From: the human T2T-CHM13v2.0 reference genome, Homo sapiens
Length of the DNA: 64,000 nucleotides
Reading direction: 5' to 3' (one strand)
Assembly: GCF_009914755.1 (NCBI RefSeq)
Contig: NC_060927.1
Below, one piece after another: positions 14,611-28,795 of the stretch (within the stretch, counting starts at the first letter, position 1; each line of letters starts with the position of its first letter). Under the pieces are notes generated by a model that was given only the letters and a program-made list of their open reading frames with translations, made no database searches and was not told the DNA's origin. The position numbers were made by a program, and so were the translations under genes.

Positions 14611-15834
14611 TTGCTGTTGATTTCTAAGTTAATGCTATTGTGCCTGAGAAAATATTCTTTATTATTTTAATATTTAAAGTTATTGAAACTTATTTTTTGC
14701 CCCAGATTATGGTATATCTTGATAAATGTTCCATGTGCAGTTATAATTTTTTGTGACTATATGGATATATAAATATAAATATCCATTAGGTTGATATATT
14801 TATTCAGATTTTCTGTAGGCATACTGATTTTTTTGTCTACTCATTCTATCAGTCACTGAGAAAGTAGTGATAAATTTTCCAACCATCATTCTGGATGCAT
14901 TTACTTCTCCCTGAAATAAATTTTGATGCTTATTTATTAGGTATATACATATTCAGTTGTCATGTCTTCCTGATGAATGGACCTTTTTATAATTACGAAA
15001 TGTTACTTTTATCTCTGACAAAACTCTGTCTTCAAGCCTGTTTTTCTACTATCATCATAGCCACACCAGATCTCTTGTAATTAGGGTTTGTATGGCACCT
15101 GTGTTTCTATTTATTTTTAACCCATTTCTGTCTTTATATTTGAAGTGTGTCTCTTATGCACAGCGTATGACTTATCTCATTTTTTTCTCATTTTCAAATC
15201 TTATCTTTAAATTATTTACTCCACTTACATTTAATATAATTATTTATAAGATTGTGTTGAAGTCTACTTTCTTTTATTGTTTTCTCTTTGCCCTATTTAA
15301 CTTTCTTGATTCTGTTTTTCTGTGCTCTTTAAATAATTGAATGTATTTAAGCCTTCTGTTTTATATCTTCTATTAACTTTTTATCTGAATCCCTTTATTG
15401 GTGCTTGCTATTGAAATTACAGCATAAATTCTTAACTCATCACAGTCTACCTTGAATTAATATTTTACCACTTCACATATAATACCAGAACCCCTTTCCA
15501 TATATTTTATGCTGTTGCTGTCATTTATTCCTATGTTAGTAACCCCATGATGCTTTGTTATTGCTTTTCTTTAAATATTCAATTGTCTATTAAACAAATT
15601 TTTAAAAAAGTATTTTATATTTACACATATAGTTACCATATTTTCTGTAGATTCAAATTTCTACCTGGCATCAGTTCCTCTTGAAGAGCTTCCTTTGGCA
15701 TTTTTCTTGTAATTGACATTTGGTAGCATCAATTTTTTCACTTTTATTTATGTAAAAATGTCTTTAAAATTTATTTTTTGAAGTATTTTTGCTGTCTATA
15801 CAATTTTGGATTAACAAATATTCTTTTTTCCCCT

Positions 15835-15982
15835 TTCTCCACCTTAAAGATACAGTTGCATTGTCTTCTTACTTGTATTATTTCTGATAGAATACCAGAT
15901 GTTATCTTCTCCACCTTAAAGATACAGTTGCATTGTCTTCTTACTTGTATTATTTCTGATAGAATATCAGATGTTATTTTCT
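15835..15982. repeat. 72-bp tandem duplication (2 mismatches)
   Basis: accttaaagatacagttgcattg... starts at 15841 and 15913. Confidence 0.95.
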
Positions 15983-17687
15983 AATTATTATTTTCCTAAT
16001 TGTAATATTATTTTTCACTGCTTGCTTTTTAAGATGTTCTATATACCATTGGTTTTCATCACTTTGAATATTGTATCCCTAAGTGTGATTTTCTTCGTGT
16101 TCATCCTACTGTGGTTTGTTGACTTTCTTATGTCTGTAAATGCACATTTTTCATCTGATTGGAAAACATCTGGTCACTATTTCCTCATTTGCCCCCCCAA
16201 CCCCATCCTATATATCCTCTCCTCCTGTATTCCAAATACTTACATGCTAAAGTAGTTAATATCATGTCACAGGCACTAAACTCTTTCATTTTTTAGCAAT
16301 GTTTTTTCTTTGCTTCAGTTTGAATAATTTTTATTGACCCGTCTTCAAGTTTACTCATTCTTCTACAGGACCTACCCCATTCAGTTCATCTAGTGAATTA
16401 TTTTTGATGGCTTTTTAGAGTTTCTATTTCTCTTTTGAAACAGAAAATCTCTTCATTCATTATATCCATTTCCCCTCGACCTTTTAAAATCATAGTTATA
16501 ATGGTTATTTTGAAGTCTATGTCTGTTCTGTTACCTGGGCCATTTGTGGGTCTGCTTTAATTCACTGCACTTTTAACTTGGATATGGTCACATTTTCTTG
16601 CTTCTTCATATATCTCATAATTTTCTTTTGTATCCTGAGTATTATGTCTAATAGAAAAGTGAATATTGTAGTAAAGGCTTTGTTTGATTTTTGTTGTTGT
16701 TGTTGTTTTTCCAAGTAGGTAAGCTCTTTTCTCTTCCTGGTGGTTAAGATGTAGGAATCCTCAGTCAGAATTTTTTTGGTTGAATAGATCTGATATGGCA
16801 CTCATATTTAATTAATTGAATTCATCTATGAATAGATGTACTAGCTACCATCAGTATTGCCTCTACCTTTTTGATCTTAGTTTGGACTTTGGAAGTCATT
16901 GGGCTGAAGTTTCAGATATTTGGTTTATCTTTGGATTCATTTCTAGTAAAGCCTTAAAATCAAAGGTGCTTGGAATACACTGTGATTTCTCTCAATTTTC
17001 GGCCCCTTTTCCACTACTGGTTTCTTGGCAAAATTCAATAGGCGAGAATTGATGGCCCAAACATTTGTTTTAGCATATGAGTCTCTTTCTGATCTACATA
17101 CAGTCTACCTACTCTGCGCTGTCTAAGGCATGGCCTATTTATCCTTATCCCTGAAAAGTCTCCCTGTCTGTGGCAGACCCTTTCTTGTGTCTGCCTATAC
17201 ATAGACTAAGGACTTGACCCAATGAATACAAGATGCTATACTCATGGCTCACCTATTGAATGCTTGCCCTTGTCTGGACTTTGATTCATTAAGGCCTTCT
17301 AGCACCCACCATGCTTCACTAACCACACAGAATATTAGAATTTTTAAATTTGTCTAGGATTTTTTTATTCACATCATGACAGTGAAGGTGTTTTGACTTC
17401 CCCTATATCCTATCCAGAAGTAGAAAGCCCACCAGCAAGTAAATACTTTAAATCAAATCTCAATTTTTAAGGCATGTATAAATAGAAGTCGAGATATAAC
17501 GAAAGAGAATTAGAGATGTAAAGAAAAGTGTTATCTTAATATATGTTTTATTTTCTATGAATGCTAGAAGGTTTTTGATATTTTTATGGCTAGTAAAATG
17601 AAATATATATAAGTAGATTTTAAAATTGCATATAAACGATTTTCTGTCATGAAGAGAATACTTCTAATTATTAATGAAAAACACTAA

Positions 17688-18027
<340 letters not shown>

Positions 18028-18114
18028 TAGATACACTTTTTAATAAATCTGAGCATTATGAATTTTTTCCTAAGCCATGGAAATATGGAATGGCAAGGAA
18101 ACTGAGTAAAAATA

Positions 18115-18256
18115 GGAAAGAAAGAAAGAGAGAAAGAAAAGAAGCAAGGAAGAAAAGGAAGGAAGGAAGAAAGAGAAGGAAATGAAAAAGGGAAGAAGAG
18201 GAAGGGAGGGAGGGAAAAGGCAGAAGAAAACAAGGGAAGAGAAGAGAAAGGGGAGG
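18115..18256. repeat. GA-rich purine low-complexity tract
   Basis: Near-pure A/G sequence (gaaa/gaag/ggag units). Confidence 0.85.
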
Positions 18257-20079
18257 ACTAATTTCTTATTTACTCCAGTAAATTTACTCCTGTAGATTTA
18301 AAGCAATCAACAGAATGATTTTTTTTTTTATTATTCTAGCTTCAAATACCCGTCTATTTTAGGTTAGCACCAGTTTTACTACAGGTCGTTTAGTTTTGGA
18401 CTAGATTCTTGGGTATATTCTAGCATGTTCAAATTTCAGAGGTTTGTAAAATTTGCAGAAAGTTTTAGTTAGTTCCGTTTACCCCAAGATAACAAGACAA
18501 AAATTAGAAATAAATAAATGACTCAAGATTAAGTAAAAATCTATGAAAGCACCTTAAAAACAACATTTATATTTATTTTTCACATCTGGAAAACCCTTTT
18601 TGAGATAGTTCAGTACTAGAGAAGTTCTTCGGAATTTGCAAGGTATCAACATATCTATATCTTTCTTTCTCTACACCCTATAAATAATATTCATTGATAA
18701 TAGCTATGAAATGCTTTGAAGAACAGAAGATCATATATTACTATGTTTAACTGAAAATAAATATATTAAAGATATATAGCAATCTATCAACTATCATCAT
18801 ACAGCGGGGTTTGTATTGTTTGTTTGTTTCTTAGTCTTATATTAAAGAGGAGCCTAGATTGTTCCTAATCTAGTCCACAACACCCCAGAACTAACAAGTA
18901 ATTTCTTCTGGGCATAAGATTTCTGACACTGCAAAATGTCTATCATTACTTGGCAGGAACTTCCGGTAGCCTTCCAGACTTTCAGTTTAGGAATGACTGC
19001 TCTCTAGAAAGGCTGACATTTGATCTGTTTTAGCAAGAAAACTATCAGATAACTTGTGTCTGAGGAAGCGTTGCCTTTACTTCCAAAGCCTCTTGTCTCT
19101 GGTACAACACGCCTTGGTTCCATATGTGGTTGTGATGTTGACTTCTAGCGTCTGCCTCCTCCCTTCAACATCTTTCTGCCTTTTGTTTCCAAATCTCGTA
19201 GCTTCCTAAATCCTAGTACAAAACCCCATCCCGAAGCCTTATTATCTTCAGGCAGAGATGAAGTGGAGGTCATGATGGCTGTAGATATATCTCTCACAAC
19301 AAGATCCCCTGAGAAACATAAGCAGCACAAAGACTTTCCCTTTCAATTTAGAAAACATAATGGCAAAAATTAAATATATGTGGTAATAATATAGAATTAA
19401 TTAAAATTAGAGACCAAATACTATAATAAATATTAGTTAAAGACTTTTCTGTGCAAAAGAAGTGAGGCATTGCTCCAAATAAATATTTATTACCTTACTA
19501 ATCAACAGATTCATTGAATTTTTAAATAATTTATTGAGTCCATATACCATATCAAGCATTAAATTTGATACTGTGAAGAATACAGAGATTATTTAAGACA
19601 TTATCCCTGTCTGTAATGAATTTAACCATCCAATGGGAGAGAGAAAACGTGCACATTAACAGGTATAGTACAAGGTATAATCTGCTGAAGGCTCGAAAAC
19701 ATTGCAGAAAAATGCTCTAGTGGTTTTTTTGTTTAATGGTGTGACAATTAAACAAAATAAAGCATTGGAGAAATAGGGCTATAGATGATCAGCACAGTTA
19801 AGGTTTTTGTTTTTGTTTTCGTTTGTTTGTTTTTTTAGATGGTGGGGAAGCATGAAGACATTTTAGACAGCAAGAATAACGTGAGCCAAAAAATAAAGGA
19901 GAGCCATTGAAAGGCATGTTCAAGGAATGAAAGGCAGCACGTTTGACCAGATGCCAGGGAATGTAGAAGAGAGTAGCTGGAGCTAATCCTAGAAATTGCA
20001 TATGTGTGTGCATGCATGTGTGTCTTGGCCATGAGGAATGCTGCAAGTGAACTTAATTCAACTAATAAAGACAATAGTA

Positions 20080-20382
<303 letters not shown>

Positions 20383-21429
20383 TTAATTTATGTAAGACTT
20401 TGAAGTTTACAAAGTACGTTTATATGTCACCTTGCTCATCTTATCAACAGAGATCTCCACTGATAATTCCATAGTCTTCTTGGTTGGATATTCCTCATCT
20501 CGACATTTAAGATACAACATTCAACTGATCTGAAGTTCAATTACTGGGTCTCATCTTATCTGTTTATACTCACTCCTTTGGTTTTCTTCATGCAGCCTCC
20601 CAGTGAGCCACAGTTTTTCAAAGTCATGTCTGTATTCCAGAAAGCTCTTTCAAAAATCAGATTTGTAGCTAAGGACACAATAACTTTCTTTTGGCTATCT
20701 CCACCAAGATGTCTAATAAGATTGACCTACCATGTCCAAGGCTGAACTATTTATCTCACCAAAACTCCCCTACCCACACACATACACACAAAAACCATTC
20801 CACCTGCAGCCTTCTCCACCTGAGATGATAGGGATTCCACTGTTTGAATTAGTCAGGCTTGTGCTATAAAATGTTGCAGTGTCCAGCAAATCAAGGTGGT
20901 TAATAATCATTCACTGAATGAAATAATACATTTTTCTTATGAATTCCTGTTAGCTTACTGATCTGGGGCATCTGAGGACATGAGCTGGCCTGTAGCTTTA
21001 CAGCCATCGAATATTGAATAAAGAGAACACAGTGTGCTTGCTCATAGTATTTTTACATAAAAATTTACGAACATAAGAACATTGATAATGTGCATGCACT
21101 TGCTAGTTAATAAACATCAGCTGGGCCTTTGAGAGATGCCCCATCCTCACCTGAGAAAATCGGAACAAACCAATATATCTGTTGAAAAAATCTAAAGGAA
21201 ATAACGTATAGGTAAATCTGCCCTGAAAGCCAAGGAATGATTTAAGTTTATCTTCCATAAAGAGAAGTCGTAAAGTTAAATTTAATGCTGAAAATGTAAG
21301 AAAGCAACAACTTTATCTAATTGCAGACCCGCCAGCATTACCAGGACTCCTGATTCTCTTTGATACGCTTGTATCTGTTGTCTCTCATGCAGACTTACAT
21401 TTTACTGACATCTTTAAAAATGTGATAAT

Positions 21430-22000
21430 ATTCTGCAACAAAGCCACAGACCTTAGAGTCATTCTTGGGTCATCTTTTTTTTTCTCATACCCTTGTATAT
21501 TATAAATCTTTTGGGATTTACCTTTAAATACATAAGAATTCCATCCTTTCCTCACCGCCTCTATTACATCCACCCCAGTTAAAGCCGTCGGCATCTTCCA
21601 TTTGGATTTCTGCAACAGGCTTCTTGCTCGTCTTCCTGTTTCCATCTTTGTCCCTCTACAACCAGTTTCTACACAGTAGCCAAATTGAATTTTTACAAAA
21701 TAAAATGTATTCCTCTACTCCTTCCACTCTTCTGCTCAGATTCCTGCAAGGGGTTCCAGTTTCTCTCTGGATAATAGCCAAAATCCCTACAAAGGCAAAC
21801 AAGGCCTGACCTGATCTGGCCCTTACTACCTGTCAGTGCCGTCTCTTGTCTTGCTTCCCTCCTTTCCCTGCTCTAGCCACACTGGTTTCTTTGTTGCTCT
21901 GTGAACATACCAGTTGCAGTCCTGCCATAGGGCCTCTGCACTCACTGTTCCATATTCCTGGAATGTTTTTCTACTCAAAAGAAGTTAGCTTTCTCATCAC
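21430..22000 (+). mobile_element. L2 relic
   Basis: tggatttctgcaacaggcttcttgctcgtcttcctg, ctacacagtagcca, ctctagccacactgg, ctgccatagggcctctgcac typical of L2 3' region. Confidence 0.65.
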
Positions 22001-22199
22001 ACCTTCCACGTGTTGTAGGCACAGGTTTCCGTTAAATGCTTCCGTATTTTCCTCTATGCTCTTTATAGATCTGAATGAAGGGAAAATACAAAAATAAAGG
22101 ATCAGTAACAAAGAATACAGATTTTGATTTATCCACCTTAGGAAGACATTAAGTAAAACCATCCTACTGAGAAATGAATATTTAAGTAGATCAGAGTTT

Positions 22200-22590
22200 G
22201 TTACTAACTGTGTAAAACATTATGAGTCCTCAGTAATATTTCCAGTTCTCTTCATGGATTACACTGCCATGTGCTCTTGAAGTTTGAGTGCTACCATATA
22301 ACTTGCCTTGACCATATGAGACAATGTTAAGTGATCTTCTGACTGAGCATGTAAGATCCAGTGTAGAATCTTCCATACTCTTTTCACCTTCATCAACTCT
22401 GAGCTCCTGAGGAGATAGCAGCCTCAGAAGATGGTGTAACTTTCATTACTGTGAACCCTTGAGTTACTGTGAGAACCAAGAACCCCACTGAATCATGTTG
22501 GACATGTTGCAAACACAAGAAGTCAATCATTGTTGCTGCAAACAACAGGAATTTTAAAGTTGTTATTATAGCCTAACTGAACTTGTTTTA
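22200..22590 (+). mobile_element. Old MaLR LTR (MLT1-like)
   Basis: 3' end aagaagtcaatcattgttgctgcaaacaacaggaattttaaagttgttattatagc resembles MLT1 terminus. Confidence 0.45.
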
Positions 22591-25500
22591 AATTATATCC
22601 TCTTCAATTATTGCCTTATGTTGTACCTGGGTTATCTCCTGTGAAGAGATCAGCAAGCTAATAGGAATTCATAAGGAAAATGTATTATTTCATTCAGTGA
22701 ATGATTATTAACCACCTCTATTTGCTGGACACTGAGAATATAGTGATAAGCAAAACTCCTATCTTCTGGGAGCTTATACTCTAGAAGTTGAGGTTCTGTT
22801 GAGCGGAGGGAATGATGAGGCTACATCCTGCCAAAAGGGAAACTCTGCCCAGGATGATAAGGATGAGAGACACAAGGAGTACGGGGCAAAGTTAGAGAAG
22901 ATGTCAGTCTGGGTATGTGCAGTATAAGGTTGGGAAGAAGCAGAGGAACATCAGAAGTCAGTTCTAGGAAATAGGCCTTATGAGAAGGACAGCCAGGTGA
23001 AAATACAAGACAGTAGTCAGTTCCAGGCACCTTGAATAGACCAAATATAGTGAAATAGGCTGCCTTACAGATGGAGAATGAAGTGACTGTGAAGGCTAAA
23101 GCAGATGTTTTGCAGTGAAGCAGCATGGGATTGAGAAGAGGGAGATTGCCTGGAAGTAGAACAGAAGTGACCGGGATTTGGAAGTTGAGCAGCAAAATAT
23201 TTTCCACATCTTACTAAATCCCAAGACCTATGCTGTTGAATTCCTATTTGGTCTACTCCACTGTAGCCAGGAAAAGAGCTAGAGTGCATTCAGAAAGCTA
23301 TATATCTACTTCTAATAATTATGATGGGCATAGGGGAGGGTAGGAATTAAAGGATAGCATAAGAACACTGGCACTTCCCCAGAGATGTAGGTTTATTACA
23401 TTGCACAGGAAAATAGAGGAAAACTACAAGGTAACTCTCACCACAGAGAAAAAAGCAGCAGCTCCAGACATGCGTCTTCAAATTCCTAGTTATATGTATT
23501 ACCACATAAAGGTAAACCAATTTATACTACCCCCAAATGCTTTGAAAGACAGAAATATTCTGAGACCTGACAATTTTTATTTGAGCACAATTAATTGCAA
23601 GGAAGATGAAGCAGATATTAGAATGAAAATTTTATTAAGGCCATAGATGTATGTATTGAAGAGCATTTCTTTTGTGTGAAAGTAAACAATACCAATTAAA
23701 GCTGTTTAGGTATATGAAAATTCAGAGGATTGAACCAATTTTCCATTAATTGTAAATAGAGATTTAATCTCTCACTATGTTCATCCTCTTGAAACTCAAA
23801 GTAAGTAAAATTATTTGTAGAGAAAGAAGGGATGAGCATACTGGGATTAGATAAAGACCGGCCTATACGGAGTGAGGTATTGTGAGGAGACGTAAGCCTG
23901 TAATTTTTATACAGCAGTACGTTATTATTTCAAATTAACCTAAAAAAGAGCTTGAAAATATTCATGACTGTATCTGGTTAGTAAATGGGTTAACCGATCT
24001 GTACATTTCATGCATCATGGTTTCAGTAGGAAATATAGCTTCAGGATGGAGATTGAAGCTACAGACCTGAGCTGCTTCTCTAGGTTTTAATCGTTAGGCA
24101 TTGTTCTTGACCTTCCTTAACCTCAACTTCAACAGCATTCAGACAAATTGGTTAATTGTATGGGCTAGTAGGTCACCCAAATATGTGTAATTGGACAAAT
24201 CTTATGCAAATTAAGACAATGATTTGGGAATTAAATAATGCTTGCAAAATTTGATTATTTAGTAATACCCATTAATAAAATTCTGTCAAATTAATAAATT
24301 TGGAAAAAAAATATTTCCTTTCTGAAATATTCTCGCTCTCTGCCCCATCTTATTTCATTAAGGCTTACTTATCCTCCATACTTAGTCTTTCTCAAGTACT
24401 TTTCCAGACTCCCTCTCTACCCTCTACCCTCACCCTGCAAACAATTAAATGTTTCCTTAACTATCTGCTATTAATCCTTGCTTCAGCACTTATCATGTTG
24501 ACTCATACATATTTATTTTTGTGTACATCTTCACTCTTAAGACTGAAAATCCTTTAAAAATGCCCTGTATATTGGACACTTCTTTATCTCTAGCATTTGG
24601 TAGACTACCTTTACATAGTATGTCTTCAAATTTGTATTGAGTAAAAAAGAGTAAAGAAAATGTAAATAAATGAAATTTTCCTCTATTTTGAAAACTTTAG
24701 AAAGGGAGATTTATCCTCTATCAGTTCAGTGTATAATGAAGTATTCTGTTATCAAATGGTACCATGAGATGCCACTAATGTCGAGTAAACAATTGGAAAT
24801 GGATCTCATTCTGTGCCCTTGTGGGACCTCATTTTCCTCTTTAGCCTTAGTTATTAAAAAAGAATAGTGCCTATTCTTCTTAAAATACCTATTCCTCTTA
24901 TTGACTTTAACCTTGGTAGTTAAGAGAATTGAATTATTTTATGTGTGTGTGTATAAATTCTGAGAACTGTAAAACACATACATGTAAGTTTCTATTACTG
25001 CATTAACATGGTCACCTTCTAAAAAATAAGATAAATTAGAGAGGGCAGATTCACCAAGTTCAAGAACCCTCATTTGAAGTTAGGATTGAATGTATGACTA
25101 ATACATACATTTAATTGGAAATAGTTAATAATACTCTTAACCCATATAAAGTTGAGATATTGATGGAAAAAATGAAATATTTTGTAGTTTTTTAGTTTTT
25201 AAAAGTCTGTTATACTAGCTTTATTAGATAAATAGAAATAAGGAATATATACACTCATTCAAAAAATAACGTTTAATTTTTATGTGCTTCAAATTTCTGG
25301 AATTCAAATGCATATATTTTTATATAATTGAAATTATAGCACAAATTTAATTTTGAATACTTTCTTCACTTAAATCGTATGCTGAACATTTTACTGTATT
25401 TTTATATAATATAATAAAATAATATTTATCAAGTGTATTAGCATATTTTACCTAAATATTTCACTATTTCTGGGTATTTTAATTATTCCTAATTTTGCTG

Positions 25501-25744
25501 CTATAAATTATTGTGAGGAGCATATTTCCACATACAGGTTTTCCTTCTCTGGGATTATTCTTTTGGATTGAATTTCTAGAGGAAGGATAATTAAAGTATT
25601 GGACTTGATTTACCTCTAGCAAACCCCTGTAGAGGAAAGGGAAAATATTTACCCTCTTAGTAAAGAAATCTCTTATTGAACATCAAGACTCTGAAGATAT
25701 ATTAAACTATTAACAGTAATTTGAATAAATGAATAATGAAAAAT

Positions 25745-26385
25745 ATTTTTATTCATTTTTTATTTGACAAATAAAAATGTATATATTTATGGTGTTACAC
25801 ATGATGTTTTGAAATATGTATACATTGTGCAATGACTAAATCAAGCTAACATATACATTACCTCAAAAAATAATGATCTATCTTTAGTGACAACACTTAA
25901 AATCTACTCTTGTACAATAGATTTCCTTCCTTCCTTCCTTCCTTCCTTTCCTTCTTTCTTTCTTTTCTTTCTTTTCTTCCCTTTTCTTTTCTTTCCTTTC
26001 CTTTCCTTTTCCTTTCCTTTCCTTTTCCTTTTCCTTTTCCTTTTCTTTTTTTTCTTGACGGAGTCTTACTCTGTTGCCCAGGCTGGCAATTTCTTGGCTT
26101 ACTGCAACTTTCGCCTCCTGGGCTCTGGCAATTCTCCTGTCTCAGCCTCCCGAGTAGTTGGGATTACAGGTGCCCCCCACCAGGCCTGGCTAATTTTTGT
26201 ATTTTTAGTAAAGATGGAGTTTTGCCATGTTGGCCAGGCTGCCCTCGAACTCCTGACCTCAAAGTGAACCACCCGCCTCGGCCTCCCAAATTGTTGGGAT
26301 TACAGGCATAAGCCACTGTGCCCGGCCTCAATAGATTTCTTAAACTTATTCCTCCTAATTGAAATTTTACATTCCTTGAGCAACA
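25745..26385 (-). mobile_element. L1MA 3' fragment split by an Alu insertion
   Basis: atttgacaaataaaaatgtatatatttatggtg...acacttaaaatctactct; resumes aacttattcctcctaattgaaatttt after the Alu. Confidence 0.7.
25926..26327 (-). mobile_element. AluS with long (CCTT/CTTTT)n tail
   Basis: Reverse Alu ending cccggcc; TSD caatagatttc at 25915-25925 and 26329-26339. Confidence 0.93.
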
Positions 26386-26470
26386 GTGAACAAAAGTATT
26401 TAAGAAACAAAAACAAAACAAATTAGGAAAATCAAGTTAGCTTCAGGAGGGAAAGGAGTGTCTAGGACTT

Positions 26471-26769
26471 TTTTGTTTGTTTGTTTGAGATGGAATCTCG
26501 CTCTGTTGCCCAGGCTGGAGTGCATTGGCACTATCGGCTCGCTGCAAGCTCCGCCTCCTGGGTTCACCCCATTCTCCGGCCTCAGCCTCTGGAGTAGCTC
26601 GGACTACAGACGCCTGCCACCATGCCCAGCTAATTTTTTTTTCTTGTATTTTTAGTAGAGACGGGGTTTCACCTGTTAGCCAGGGTGGTCTCGAACTCCT
26701 GACCTTGTGATCCACCGGGCTCGGCCTCCCAAAGTGCTGGGATATAGGCGTGAATCACCGCGCCTGGCC
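26471..26769 (-). mobile_element. AluY
   Basis: gctgcaagctccgcctcctgggttcac diagnostic; TSD taggactt. Confidence 0.93.
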
Positions 26770-27696
26770 TAGGACTTCTTTCTTCAACACTCTGTGTTTG
26801 TTTTCTCAGAGCTTTTCCCCAAGGAAAAAAAATGCTGTAGCACAAGGGAAATGCATGGTTCTTAAAAAGTGCAGTAAAATTACTCTTCAAAAGGATTTTA
26901 CACTAATAATGTGTTAGTTTATCCTATCAGTTCTAGGAGAACATTAGGCACAATTTGAAAATGTGTTTTATTAGACATAATTTTAATAAAATTATTATAT
27001 TTAGTTTTTCTTGAAACCAGCAGAAGTAAAATAAAACAACACGGATACCTGGGATTGTGAGCTTTAGTTTATTTACTTATTACTTCAAAATCTATTATAA
27101 TACTAGCTCTTTTTAAGTGAGAGATTTTTCCTTCATCTGTCGGTTTATGAATTAATCGGCAGTCACATGCATTTTGTTACTCAGGGCTTTTATTAATTTT
27201 TTTAAAATTTTAACATTCAAGTTCTATCAAAAATCTTTACTATATTATAGACATATTTTCGGAGAAGGCTATTTTTATTTTCTTAAAACAGTAGTCCCTC
27301 AAATCTCCTTAAGAGTAATAGGTTAAATTTTAATTTTTTTTTCTTTTTTCTGAAAATATCTGTTTTCTCATCATGGTTTCTTTTTTTTTTTCTATTTATT
27401 TGTTTTTCCTTTTTAATGCTATTTGTTTTTCAGATGCTTGCTGTTTCTTTTTTTCTGTTCAAATTTATGAATAAAAGATTAGGGTGCTTAATGTAGGTAT
27501 CTAGCAAGACATCTCTGTCATGGTCCTAGAAGTTTTAAGAGCTGTGAATTGGGAGCTGCTGGGGTCCATGACTGTCATTTTCTGGCAATATGATATAGCA
27601 TAGGCAGTAAGTTCAACTGAGGCCCATTTCTTTGGAATGTATTCTGCACTACCACACATTCATGCTCTTTCTCTAAGAAATTACTTAGCAGATAGC

Positions 27697-28230
27697 ATTC
27701 ATTCATTCATGCATTTCTTCTTCTACAAATTCTGATTATGATACTCAATAGATTCAAAATGCTGGGGAACAAAGGTAGGAATGTAGATAAAACTCTGTCT
27801 CCCAAAGAACAATTAATATAAGCAAATATGATAAAAGATAAGGATAAGCATAGTTTGAGTAGGCTTAACCCCAACCTATCTTGGGAGTGGGGGCCAGAAG
27901 GGGTCAAGAGTGGCAGTGAGGGGTGAGGTAGGATAGATTGTATCTCTGAAGGGTTAATAGAGGCAGTGCTGACTAAAGTAAGAATTGATGGATCTATAGA
28001 AATTAGAAAGGTGGATTGATTAGGAAAGGGCATCCAAAAGGAAAGCCTTTCAAACAGGGAGAAAACCATGTGCAAAGGTGAAATGTTTCAGAAAGAGCAA
28101 GGTGGATTTGAAAAGCCACAAGTAGCGCAGCATGCTTAGAGAGGCAGTGTGTGGAAAGAGAGATTGCTGGGCAGGAAGGGAAGTGGCCAGCTTGGAGGTG
28201 GTAGCTGAAGCTATTCACAACCATGTGATC
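27697..28230 (-). mobile_element. L2 relic
   Basis: (attc)n terminus followed by tgctggggaacaaagg, ccatgtgcaaagg. Confidence 0.55.
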
Positions 28231-28504
28231 TGGGAGACACTATAACATGGCATTTCATTAGGAATCCAGAGACCTGAAATCTTTAACTGGGTGAGCTTAA
28301 CCAAATAATTTTAATTTCTGAGGCCTCTGCTTCCTTCTTTGTAAAAGGAGCATGTGATTTTTAGCGCTCCAGGAAGCCCTCCCCCCAATGGGTGCTGGTG
28401 GGGATGGGAACTTGGTGGCCAGAGCTCTTTGTCCCCTGCCTCTTTCACTTATACTATATCAGTTTTGTTTTCGCCTGAATTATTTGTTTACAAATTAAAG
28501 TGAA

Positions 28505-28795
28505 TTTATTTATTTAAGAGAGAGTCTCACTCTGTCACCCCAGCTGGAGTGCAGTGGCGTGATCTTGGCTTACTGCAGCCTCCACCTCCCAGGTTCAAGC
28601 GATTCTTGTAACTTGGCCTCCTGAGTAGCTGGGATTACAGGTGTATGCCACCAAGCTCAGCTATTTTTTTGTATTTTAGTAGAGATGGGGTTTCACCAGG
28701 TTGGTCAGGCTGGTCTCGAACTGCTGACCTCGTGATCCACCCGTCTCGGCCTCTCAAAGTGCTGGGATTACAGGCCTGAGCCACCATGCCCAGCC
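28505..28795 (-). mobile_element. AluS (Sg-like)
   Basis: Reverse Alu dimer, gacctcgtgatccaccc. Confidence 0.92.

Larger units (their letters stand above)
12190..16800 (-). mobile_element. Ancient L1M fragments (interrupted by two AluJ)
   Basis: Long T-rich antisense L1 tract (tatctcattgtggtttt..cttgcatt, aaaatgaattgggaagc, agcactgctttagctgca, gataaatgttccatgtgca); boundaries approximate. Confidence 0.75.

Noticed and set aside
25887-26311. Phe-rich 126/133-aa ORFs
   Set aside because: Translation of an Alu and its pyrimidine-repeat tail
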